From the NCBI GenBank assembly GCA_029932195.1, contig JAOZQN010000003.1:1-45644 (forward strand): a DNA stretch of 45,644 nt, read 5' to 3'. A program made the translations under genes and the position numbers. This stretch comes from Bacteroidales bacterium. Lineage in GTDB: Bacteria > Bacteroidota > Bacteroidia > Bacteroidales > JAOZQN01. Positions 24,319 to 33,342 of this stretch are shown here, one piece after another. Every line of letters starts with the position of its first letter. Position 1 is the first letter of the stretch. Below the pieces are notes generated by a model, which searched no databases, had not been told where the DNA came from, and saw nothing but the letters and a program-made list of their open reading frames with translations.

Positions 24319-27135
24319 TTGGTGCAATATGGAATAAACGCACCAATTGTTTTTGAAGTTACAGATGCTGTTTACTACGAAAAACTTGTATTTCCAGAAA
24401 TATGTGGAGCAAGTTCGGTAAATACCATTACTTTTACTACATATTGTGACGTTTGTGCTATGGCTGAAATTCAGGCAGATGGAACAGTTACAGATAATTA
24501 TACTGCAAAACTTGATGGAGGACAATATTACACCTTTGATAGAATTAAATTCACAGCATTAGATGCCAGTTATTCTCGTGTTGCCGAAATTACAAATAAT
24601 GCAGAGTCTCTTGATTTTAAAAATTGTATTTTTAAAGGAATGACAACCGCAGGAAATAGTGATGACAATATTTTGGTATTTTCGGATAGCGAAAGTATTA
24701 GTGGTATTACTTTTTTAGGAAATACTTTTTCTGATGGAAGTCAAGGATTATACCTAAAAGGAAATAGTGATACCGATTTAATGGTGAAAATTTCTATAAA
24801 TAATAACACTTTTGAAAATCAGGCATATAGAGGAATTTCATTAATAAATAGCGATAGAATACAACTTTCAACCAACACCTTAAATTCAACTTCTGCAAGA
24901 ACAGATTTTACTGGTTTTTATCTTCAAACAATTAAAAATAATTCTCAAATTTCTAATAATAAAATTTATGCCACAACAGCAAGTGGAACAGGCTTATTTA
25001 TGGATAATGTCAGTGGAACATCTGGCGACCAAGCGGATATTTTTAATAATATGATTTCTATTGGAAGTTTGGGGATTAGTTATGCTATTGACATTGTAAG
25101 CACCACAGGAACAACAGAGTATCTTAATTTTTATCACAATAGTGTTTTTAATAATTATATTTTGGGAGGGGCAGGTATAAGAATTAATACTGCTAATAAT
25201 CTTGAATTTAAAAATAATAATTTTGTTGCTAATAATTCATTTTTGGCAGGAGTTAGTTTTGAAGAAAGTGGTTTAACTGCATCAGTTGCTGAATATAATA
25301 ATTATATGCCAAATATTGCAATACCAGGAGTTGGGGATATTTCAATAGACCCTAATTATTTGGCTATAACAGATTTACATACAGAAACTATTGCTCTTCA
25401 GGTAGGAACAGCCATAGCAGGAATAACATTAGATATTGACGAAGAGACTCGTCAAGCACCACCATATATGGGAGCAGACGAATTTCTTGGGCTTGTAAGT
25501 TGGACAGGAACAGCAAATACTGACTGGAATAATACAGGAAATTGGAGTAGCGGACAAGTTCCAACACGTGGAACAACTATTGAAATCCCAAATGTTACAA
25601 ACTACCCTGAAACTAACTCAAATGCAAGCAAATTAGCAGAATGTAGAAATATGACTATTGATGCAGGTTCTCACGTTTGGATTGAACCAATGAAATATCT
25701 TACTATCCACGAAAATTTTAATCAAAATGGAGAGTTTGTTTTACAATCAGATGCAACAGGAAATGCTTCGCTAATTGCCAATAGAACAGTTAATTATGGA
25801 GGAAGTGCTGTTACAAAATCAGAACTATATTTATCCAATTCTAAATGGCATTACGTATCAAGCCCGATAACAAATGCAGATGCTACATTATTTAACTATA
25901 CGCCGTATTTTTATTGGTATGATGAAGTAACAGCAGACTCTTGGTTAAATGATGTTTTTAGTGGAACAATGGGCTGGACTTTGCAACCAACAGGAGCAAT
26001 GCCAGTAGGAAAAGGCTATGCTGTGATAGACAATACAGCTGCCCAAACGGTTGATTATGTTGGCGAACACAACAATGGAGATATTACTGTAAATTTATCT
26101 CATACCGATAATACCGGTTTTCATGGTAATACAATATTTGATGGTTGGAATTTAGTCGGAAATCCTTATCCTTCAACACTTAATTGGAATGAAGAAAGTA
26201 TTACTAAAACAAATATTGATAATGCAATTTATGTTTATGCCGATGATGGTTCGGGTATTTATAATAATTATATGTATTATCTTTCAGGAGTTCCTGATAG
26301 CCCTTATCCTTCAATTGCATTGAATATGGGAACATGTTTTGTTGCTCCAATGCAAAGTTTTTATGTAAGAGCAAGTGCTGCGGGTTCAAGCGTGGAGTTT
26401 ACCAACAAGGCAAGAGAACACAGTAACACAGCATTTTACAAAGATAGCTTGATTGATAATACACCAAGAATTTTCTTGCAACTTGAAAAAGATGGTATAA
26501 TAGACCAAACAGCTGTGAGATTTATTCCCGAAGCAACAGACCAATACGATGGACAGTTTGATGCACTAAAATTATATTCTACTTCGGAACAAGTGCCACA
26601 AATTTATTTCTTAACAGGATTAGACGGTATTCACATGTCAATAAATACGTTACCTGAGATATACGACAATTTGACTATTCCTATTGGTGTAAAAACTTTA
26701 ATTTCTGGCGATTATAAAATTACAATTCCAGAACTAAATCTTGATGATAATACAACAGCTTATATTCAAGATTTAAAATCAGATAAAATGTTTGCAATTA
26801 CAGATAATTTTAACTTTAAGTTCTACTCCATAGAAGGAAATCATAAGGATAGATTTCAGCTTGTTTTTTCGGTAGAAGAAACAACAGAAATAATTGATAA
26901 TGAGCAAAAAACAATAAAAATTTATTCAAATTCAAATAATGTTCATGTTCTAATAAATCCTGAAAATATGGATTCTAAAATTGAGATTTATAATATTATG
27001 GGACAAAAAGTATATGAAGGTAATTTAACAACCACTCACTCACAAATTTCTTTGCAGGTTGCAAGTGGAAATTATGTTGTAAAAGTTATAAAAGAAGGAA
27101 ATATTGTTATGGAAAAAATATTTATAGAGAATTAG
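24319..27135 (+). CDS. C-terminal part of the same adhesin (parallel beta-helix repeats plus T9SS type-A C-terminal sorting domain). The frame is open from 24258.
   Basis: Beta-helix-like NNTFENQAYRGISLINSDRIQLSTNTL repeats. The C-terminal KIYSNSNNVHVLI...IEIYNIMGQKVYEG...SGNYVVKVI is a Por_Secre_tail-type CTD. There is no signal peptide or proper start of its own. Confidence 0.8.
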   Translation: MVQYGINAPIVFEVTDAVYYEKLVFPEICGASSVNTITFTTYCDVCAMAEIQADGTVTDNYTAKLDGGQYYTFDRIKFTALDASYSRVAEITNNAESLDFKNCIFKGMTTAGNSDDNILVFSDSESISGITFLGNTFSDGSQGLYLKGNSDTDLMVKISINNNTFENQAYRGISLINSDRIQLSTNTLNSTSARTDFTGFYLQTIKNNSQISNNKIYATTASGTGLFMDNVSGTSGDQADIFNNMISIGSLGISYAIDIVSTTGTTEYLNFYHNSVFNNYILGGAGIRINTANNLEFKNNNFVANNSFLAGVSFEESGLTASVAEYNNYMPNIAIPGVGDISIDPNYLAITDLHTETIALQVGTAIAGITLDIDEETRQAPPYMGADEFLGLVSWTGTANTDWNNTGNWSSGQVPTRGTTIEIPNVTNYPETNSNASKLAECRNMTIDAGSHVWIEPMKYLTIHENFNQNGEFVLQSDATGNASLIANRTVNYGGSAVTKSELYLSNSKWHYVSSPITNADATLFNYTPYFYWYDEVTADSWLNDVFSGTMGWTLQPTGAMPVGKGYAVIDNTAAQTVDYVGEHNNGDITVNLSHTDNTGFHGNTIFDGWNLVGNPYPSTLNWNEESITKTNIDNAIYVYADDGSGIYNNYMYYLSGVPDSPYPSIALNMGTCFVAPMQSFYVRASAAGSSVEFTNKAREHSNTAFYKDSLIDNTPRIFLQLEKDGIIDQTAVRFIPEATDQYDGQFDALKLYSTSEQVPQIYFLTGLDGIHMSINTLPEIYDNLTIPIGVKTLISGDYKITIPELNLDDNTTAYIQDLKSDKMFAITDNFNFKFYSIEGNHKDRFQLVFSVEETTEIIDNEQKTIKIYSNSNNVHVLINPENMDSKIEIYNIMGQKVYEGNLTTTHSQISLQVASGNYVVKVIKEGNIVMEKIFIEN

Positions 27136-27232
27136 CTTAATTTATTCATAGCATAGAATGTCAAACCTTCAATAAACACTGTTTATTGAAGGTTTGTTGT
27201 AAGCACTATCATAGAAAAAAGGCAATAAAATG

Positions 27233-27339
27233 GGCTCACATTGAAAAGTTGAGGAGGAGTAATTACGAACCGTATCAAAAAGTTAGAAATTACTCTAAAT
27301 TTTACAACCCGTATGATCTACAATGATGCTGACATGTTT
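27233..27339 (+). repeat. B-type dispersed repeat (full copy) overlapping the 3' end of the DUF1016 pseudogene
   Basis: Near-identical to 11569..11675. The last 15 codons or so and the stop of ORF 27295.. are encoded by the repeat. Confidence 0.7.
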
Positions 27340-28404
27340 TTTCATATCGGACACGGCTACCGGTGGCGTTTGTTTTGTAGCGTTTTCTTTTTCGCTTAGT
27401 TCATTTTCAAGTTGTTCTACCGTTGGTAGTTTAGTTTTTATCTCATCTGGTATTGCTTTTGTTAATTGATAGTCACTTATTCCAATTGGTTTGTTTATAT
27501 CTCTCAGTGCAAATTCTGCTTCAACTCTGTCTTTTTTCTTGCAAAGTAAAATTCCTATTGTCGGATTATCCTCTTCTCGTTTCATCAATGTATCAACCGC
27601 AGACAAATAAAAATTTAGCTTTCCTGCAAACTCGGGTTTGAAAATTCCTGCTTTTAGTTCTATCACAACATAGCACCGCAGCTCTAAATGATAAAACAAT
27701 AAATCAATGTAATAATCTTTCTGACTGACTTTTATGTGATATTGGTTGCCGACATAGGCAAATCCTTTTCCTAATTCAATCAAGAAATCTGTAATATGCT
27801 TTGTTAATTTTGTTTCGATTTCTTTTTCGAGAGCATCGTCTTCTAAGCCAAGAAATCCGAATTGATACGGGTCTTTTATTGTTTCTTGTGCTAAATCTGA
27901 TTGAGGAACAGGCAAAGTTCTTTCAAAATTAGTTATTGTATTACCTTTTCTCTCAAAATAGTTTTTGTCAATTTGTATTTCAAGATTGTCTCTTGACCAA
28001 CCGTTTTCTATCGTAGCACTTGCATAAAATACAGCTTTATCAATATCTTTTATCCGTGAAATTATCAATCTATTATGTCCCCACGGAATTTGTGCCACAG
28101 CTTGTGGCACAAATTCAAATTGCTCTGAATAAAATAGATACCATTGACGCATTGCATAAACATTCCTTTTAGAAAAACCTTTTATATCGGGAAATGATTT
28201 TCGTAAATCCAATGCAAAATGCTCAATAAAGCTACTGCTCTAATCTGTATTTTTTTGTTTTTCAACAACTTCTTTTCCAATATCCCAATACAGCTCTAAC
28301 AAGACAGAGTTTACTGAAAGTGTAGCACGTAATTGAGCTGATTTGATTTTCTGCTTAACATTACTGAGCCAATTTTGATAATCTTTATTTTGTTTTAAAA
28401 TCAT
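27295..28404 (-). pseudogene. DUF1016/YhcG PD-(D/E)XK nuclease paralog with an in-frame TAG (28240..28242)
   Basis: ATG at 28404. 370 codons in one frame. Codon 55 is TAG where the paralog 3283..4329 has the conserved Trp (GWGKSIVEQLAKDL versus D*SSSFIEHFALDL). The nuclease core IDLLFYHLELRCYVVIELKAG is intact. Confidence 0.75.
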
Positions 28405-28414
28405 TTTGCTATGT

Positions 28415-28943
28415 CTATTTTATAACTTCTTCATTGTAAATTGTTTTATTGTCTGATAAATACACAATCTTTGCTAATTCATCTTCTTTTGTGTATATAA
28501 ATCGTTTATAAAAAAGTTTATTTTCTACTTCTCTATTGGTTATTGTCAAAGAAGGATTAATCAAATTATTATCAATATTAACTTGAAGAATATAGCTATT
28601 TGTATGCAATTATTATATTTTAAATGTCCTATTTCATAAATTTTCCGTCCTTGATAATTGATGCTAAAAATACAAAATCCATGTTCATTTTTTATTCCTT
28701 TTTGTGATTTCCCATTTTTGTAAATTACTTTCCCGCTATTTTTTCTTGTAACGACAAAATCATTTAGGTTTAACTGGTCCGATACCTGTATCTCAAATTC
28801 ATTAAAATCAAAAATCTTTGAAGATATTTGAGTTGTTATGCAATGCTTATCTTTAACAGTTTTTGCATATTGTTTGAACCAAAAAAAAAGGATATGCCGA
28901 TAACAATTAACGCTAAAATTATCAAAATTTCACTTCGTTTCAT
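28415..28943 (-). pseudogene. Degraded small membrane-anchored protein gene (at least two frameshifts)
   Basis: ATG at 28943 (MKRSEILIILALIVIGISFFF...). The frame is lost at the A9 run 28881..28889, continues in a second frame (WFKQYAKTVKDK...EIGHLKYNN), then in a third (track ORF 28415..28609). Confidence 0.45.
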
Positions 28944-28948
28944 TAATT

Positions 28949-29545
28949 TTATTTTTTCATCAACTCCTCTGTTTTCTTTTCTGTTTTCAAGATTTTATTA
29001 GTTTTCTTATCCGTATATCTTATCAAGCTTTTATGTTTTTTCCTTGTGTAACTATGAAAACTGTCGATAATAGGGTCAGTAGTGAAATCGCATTTATAAA
29101 TCACCCGTCCTTTTTTATCCCAAGAAGTCCACTTCCCAACAGGCTTTCCCATTTTATACATTTTTTGTTCTTTTAGCTTTCCATTCAAATAATACCTTTC
29201 CCAAAGCCCATGTTCTACACCATCTTTAAGATTTATAATAAGATACGTTGTTATTGCATTTCGGTATAATCTTCGCCTGTTAATTTCATTGTCTTTATAC
29301 CAAATAATTTCCGTCAAAATATCATTTTTGTAAAAAACTGAACTGTCAAGTCTCCCTTGGTCTATGAAACCTTTTTCAATCAGGTTTTCTTTCTCAAAAA
29401 TACACTTGAAATCACCATGAAATATTTTGCCGTTTTGATAAATCAATGTGTCTGTTTTGTCTAAATCACAAATGCAAATTTCCTGTCCGAAAAGGGAAAA
29501 AGTTAAGATATTAATAATGGCTATTAGAGAGACTATTTTTCTCAT
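28949..29545 (-). CDS. MORN-variant / YwqK-like repeat protein with a signal peptide
   Basis: The track ORF extends to 29632, with part of that extension lying in repeat A2; Met30 (MRKIVSLIAIINILTFSLFGQ) is the likely start. DGVEHGLWERYYLNGKLKEQKMYKMGKPVGKWTSWDKKG are typical YwqK/MORN-variant repeats. Confidence 0.65.
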   Translation of the reverse strand: MRKIVSLIAIINILTFSLFGQEICICDLDKTDTLIYQNGKIFHGDFKCIFEKENLIEKGFIDQGRLDSSVFYKNDILTEIIWYKDNEINRRRLYRNAITTYLIINLKDGVEHGLWERYYLNGKLKEQKMYKMGKPVGKWTSWDKKGRVIYKCDFTTDPIIDSFHSYTRKKHKSLIRYTDKKTNKILKTEKKTEELMKK

Positions 29546-29577
29546 TAAATATTGTATTTTTATAGCGGTAACGCACA

Positions 29578-29752
29578 AATCATTGTGAGCCGTGCGGGTT
29601 GTAAAGTTACTCGTTTTTTTTGACAATTCCAAATTAAAACGACTTTGTTTTTTTTTAATTATAGATTAACTTACAAACAGTAAGGATAATGCTTTAAGAA
29701 ATAAAAAAAATAAATGTTTTACATTATCCTCCTCAATTTTTTAAAGTGAGCC
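29578..29752 (-). repeat. A-type dispersed repeat (long form) with a promoter-like pair facing 28949..29545
   Basis: On the minus strand: TTTG (29630..29633), 20-nt spacer, TAACTTTA (29602..29609). The outer end reads GGCTCACTTTAAAAAATTGAGGAGGATAATG. Confidence 0.7.
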
Positions 29753-29783
29753 ATGAATGGCTTTTTTATTTATCAATATATTC

Positions 29784-32678
29784 TTATTCTTCACAATCGT
29801 AGAGCCAAACTTTCACATATTGAGATTTTCTATAATCGTCTATGTTTTCTGGGTCGTTTTCATATTTTTTTCCCTCAACTACGTAGCGAGTTTCAAAAAG
29901 CACTCTGTCTTCTGATATTCCATTGCTTTTCATTATTGCTTTTATTTTATTTATTGGCTCTTCTGCTCTGGCTCTCGCTAGCTCAAAGTTTGAGCAATAG
30001 ACAGTTGTAGGAACAAATGAGGCACTGGAAATTATGTAAACCGTAATTTGTGAATTAGGCTTTCTGAGCTTTGATAAAAAATCATTTTTCAATTTTTTAA
30101 AATCATTTTCATTTATACCAATATCAGATTCATTGTATCCAAAATGTTTTAAATAAGAATGTTTTATTTCTTGCATACTTGCAGGCTCATCTGTTCCTGA
30201 TTCTTGTATTCCGTATAAAAGCCCTCCACTATGAATTATAGGACAACCTTCTGGAGCTATTTCTATTGTTGCATAAACTGTTACAGTGTCATATACTGAA
30301 ATTCTATCTATTATTGTTGTGTCATTAGCTATAAATACTGTGTCAATTAACATTATAGTATCTATTCGTCCTGCAATTTCTTTTAGCACAAATACAGTAT
30401 CTATTCTTATCTGAGGGGCTTCTGGGTCTTCAATCCATGTTTTTCTTTTAGGTCCGTGCAAATATAAATCTTGATGAATATTTACAACCCAGTCAGGGTT
30501 TGTGAGGTTAAGAAATTCAAAATTAATTTTATTTTTATTGATGTCTGTTTGATAACATTTTTCTTTTGTGGCAATGAATCCGAACTCTGTCATTTTGTTT
30601 GCCTCTACCATTTTGGTAATTTCAATATCGTATTCACCTGTTATTTTACTACTTTTGAATTTTATTTTCCTGAAACCGTCTAATTTGTTATTTTTCATTG
30701 CTTTAAGTGCAATATCCACATTTCCAATTGCAGGATATTTTCCGTTAACCTTGTTGTCGTTTACATTTCGGGTAACACCTTTAATATGTATAGTAATTGC
30801 TTTTCCCATTTGGATAGCAAAAATATCAGCTTTATCGTCGCAACCAACGGTTTTTTCGTAGGCGGCAAAATATCCCATTCGTGATTCGTCTGCTATTTGA
30901 AAATTCACATCGGAGCCTGGTGTGTTTACTCTTTTTCCAAGATTTTGCGGTTCAGACCAGTTCAACCATGTGTCGTCTAACCTTTCGCAAATAAATACAT
31001 CGTGTTCGCCAAAGCCAACATGTCCTGCACTGGAAAAATATAAAGTTGTGTTGTCGCCATCTAAAAACGGCGACGACTCGTCGGCAATTGTATTTATTAC
31101 TGTCCCAAGATTTTGAGGTTTGCCCCAAGTTTCACCATCATCATTCAAAAAGCTGATGTAAATATCTCTGCCATCGGTTTTTGTGGTGTCTTCTTGAAGT
31201 GCCATAAAAAGATGTTTACCACCTTTACTTATATAAAAACTCGTGTAATTACTCTGATTTTTAAAATCGTTGATAACTACCGTTTTAGGTTGCGACCATT
31301 TTAAATTAGCAACTGTAATTTCGTCTTGTTTGAGGCTATCAACTTCAAGCCAAAATCGTTGTAATTCGTCATCAATATAAGTGTTAAACGAAAATGGAGA
31401 CTGTTCGTATCTTCCTAATCTATAAAGTTCTCCCCATTTATCCTTTCTTCCTTTTGTTTGCACAAAAACGTTATTTACAGAATGTAAAGAATCATATTTT
31501 GTAGATAATAAAATTGTTTTTTCATTATTAGTAATAAAATTATTATTTTGCGAAAGCAAAACAGAATCTAAAAGTGTAGTATCTGCGGCAGTCCAAAAGG
31601 TTGAATCTAAATGAGATATGGAAAGTCCCGAAGTATTTCCTGCAAATACGTCTTCGCAGTCGCAGTCGGCAAGATTTTCGTATAAGTTGTTGAGATACAT
31701 GTATTCACCTGTTGAAGAAAATCCTACAACTGTGTTTGGCACAACATTATTAAACTCCCAGTAAACAGGTTCTCCACTTTGCCACACATCTTGATTTTCA
31801 TAGTTATTTGGGCGATGCGGATTACAAGAATATATTTTTGTATCTTCAATATCCGAATACCAAATGTTTTGAGTATAAATACTTTTCTTTTTGTCAAATT
31901 CTTTTTTGGAATAATAAAGACGTTTTTCGTCTGGCGAAACTATCGGAAAAATTTCGTTGGAATTAGAATTTATTGCTCCTCCCATATTACTTGATTTTTT
32001 ATCAATAATAACACTTTGGTCTGTAATATTTGGGTCTGGGTATCTTATTGAGTCTCTGCTATTTCGTATTCCTATCGCATCAATTTGATTCCAGCCATCA
32101 ATGGCAAGCGGATTTATTATAACTCTCACTCTATAAACGTCTTGTGCGTCAAAAAACACATTATTAATTCGGTATCCAGTTTGTGCCTGAAAAATAGAAT
32201 CCTTTTTAAAGACATTTATATCCTTATGCTTTTTGCCAATAACATCTGCAACTTTTGGGTCTATATTCTTCTCAAAATGAGACATTCCTGTTCTTGCAAC
32301 CACCGCAGTATCCAAGTAAATTCGCTCCCACATATCTCCACTACTGAGTGGCGAGATATAAATTTCGGCAACTACTCCAGGGTTAAAGCTCTCAAAAACA
32401 GCCACTTGCTCTGCAAAGCGAGATTCTCCAAAATTGACTTCTATAAAAGCCATTTCTACACTTTCTTTGTTTACGTCGTTTGGCATAACTGCCCAAGCAA
32501 ATGTGCTGTTTCGCCCCTGCCTATCTACGTTTGGCATTCCAAGAACTTCTTTTGAGCCGTATCTATCGTAGCTATATTCAGAAGAAACAGTATCTACTTT
32601 TTCTGCCCAGTAAACGTCCTGTGCAACAGCTTGCAACGAAAATATTAAGATTAAAATAAGTGGTATTGTTTTTTTCAT
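29784..32678 (-). CDS. Secreted PD40 (TolB-like beta-propeller repeat) protein with an OmpA-like C-terminal region
   Basis: 964 aa with a signal peptide. PD40-like segments (NEIFPIVSPDEKRLYYS; DESSPFLDGDNTTLYFSS). The C-terminal ...SNFELARARAEEPINKIKAIMKSNGISEDRV resembles a degenerate OmpA_C domain. The ATG lies 1 nt after the upstream stop. Confidence 0.65.
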   Translation of the reverse strand: MKKTIPLILILIFSLQAVAQDVYWAEKVDTVSSEYSYDRYGSKEVLGMPNVDRQGRNSTFAWAVMPNDVNKESVEMAFIEVNFGESRFAEQVAVFESFNPGVVAEIYISPLSSGDMWERIYLDTAVVARTGMSHFEKNIDPKVADVIGKKHKDINVFKKDSIFQAQTGYRINNVFFDAQDVYRVRVIINPLAIDGWNQIDAIGIRNSRDSIRYPDPNITDQSVIIDKKSSNMGGAINSNSNEIFPIVSPDEKRLYYSKKEFDKKKSIYTQNIWYSDIEDTKIYSCNPHRPNNYENQDVWQSGEPVYWEFNNVVPNTVVGFSSTGEYMYLNNLYENLADCDCEDVFAGNTSGLSISHLDSTFWTAADTTLLDSVLLSQNNNFITNNEKTILLSTKYDSLHSVNNVFVQTKGRKDKWGELYRLGRYEQSPFSFNTYIDDELQRFWLEVDSLKQDEITVANLKWSQPKTVVINDFKNQSNYTSFYISKGGKHLFMALQEDTTKTDGRDIYISFLNDDGETWGKPQNLGTVINTIADESSPFLDGDNTTLYFSSAGHVGFGEHDVFICERLDDTWLNWSEPQNLGKRVNTPGSDVNFQIADESRMGYFAAYEKTVGCDDKADIFAIQMGKAITIHIKGVTRNVNDNKVNGKYPAIGNVDIALKAMKNNKLDGFRKIKFKSSKITGEYDIEITKMVEANKMTEFGFIATKEKCYQTDINKNKINFEFLNLTNPDWVVNIHQDLYLHGPKRKTWIEDPEAPQIRIDTVFVLKEIAGRIDTIMLIDTVFIANDTTIIDRISVYDTVTVYATIEIAPEGCPIIHSGGLLYGIQESGTDEPASMQEIKHSYLKHFGYNESDIGINENDFKKLKNDFLSKLRKPNSQITVYIISSASFVPTTVYCSNFELARARAEEPINKIKAIMKSNGISEDRVLFETRYVVEGKKYENDPENIDDYRKSQYVKVWLYDCEE

Positions 32679-32679
32679 A

Positions 32680-33339
32680 TTATTGTAAATAATTTAGATT
32701 TATTAATGCCTTTCGTGCTTCATCTTTAAATAATTTAAAAGATGGTAACATTTCTAATTTTTGTTGTTTTATTTTTTTAGACAATGGAATATATAAGTCT
32801 GAAATTTTAAGTTTGTTTCTTCTTCTTGATTTATTTAGTTGAGATTTCACAAGGGCTTCTTCTATTACTTTTTTAGGATTGGCTATTTTTTCAATTAAAG
32901 TAGTTTTACAAGGCAGACCTAACTCTGAACAGGATTTATCTGTATTAATCTCTTTTAAAAAAAGTTCAATATCTGCAAGCATCCATGCTTCCGTCATTTG
33001 CACAGGAATAATAGCAACCAAATTTTTACAAGTATTTTTTGTGTTTTTTACTAATTCAAATGCTGGTTTTATTTTATTCTCAATAACTTTTTTATTAGAA
33101 GTAAAGTCTGAATCACAATGGACACAAATTATATCAAAATAATTATTTGTTGTTGCAATTGCTTGTATTTTTTTATTAAAAGATTTATTATTATTTGAAA
33201 CATGTATTGGTGGATGAATTTCTATAACAGTCTTACTTTCAAAAAGTAATGCTTCAAACGTTCTTTCTATAATTTTAGCAAGAAAACGCTCGTCTGTGCT
33301 ACCTTCGGTTGTGTATGCTATTTGTAAAATATTACTCAT
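32680..33339 (-). CDS. DUF4276-like protein with a Toprim-like E...DxD signature
   Basis: 219 aa. IAYTTEGSTDERFL (Glu), ICVHCDSD (DxD), PVQMTEAWMLAD. Lies 3 nt downstream of the ATPase gene. Confidence 0.65.
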   Translation of the reverse strand: MSNILQIAYTTEGSTDERFLAKIIERTFEALLFESKTVIEIHPPIHVSNNNKSFNKKIQAIATTNNYFDIICVHCDSDFTSNKKVIENKIKPAFELVKNTKNTCKNLVAIIPVQMTEAWMLADIELFLKEINTDKSCSELGLPCKTTLIEKIANPKKVIEEALVKSQLNKSRRRNKLKISDLYIPLSKKIKQQKLEMLPSFKLFKDEARKALINLNYLQ

Positions 33340-33342
33340 AAT

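Noticed and set aside
24250-24525. 91-aa minus-strand ORF across the MITE-adhesin junction
   Set aside because: It is antisense to the restored adhesin reading frame, Cys/Ile-rich and lacks any motif. It is a chance ORF.
28240-28242. In-frame TAG as evidence for stop-codon reassignment
   Set aside because: TAG serves as an ordinary terminator elsewhere in the window, for example the stop of 82..969 at 82..84. A single TGG-to-TAG transition at a conserved Trp is the simpler explanation.
29753-30010. 85-aa plus-strand ORF beginning at the edge of repeat A2
   Set aside because: It is antisense to the 3' end of the 964-aa PD40/OmpA-like gene and has a leucine-rich low-complexity translation.
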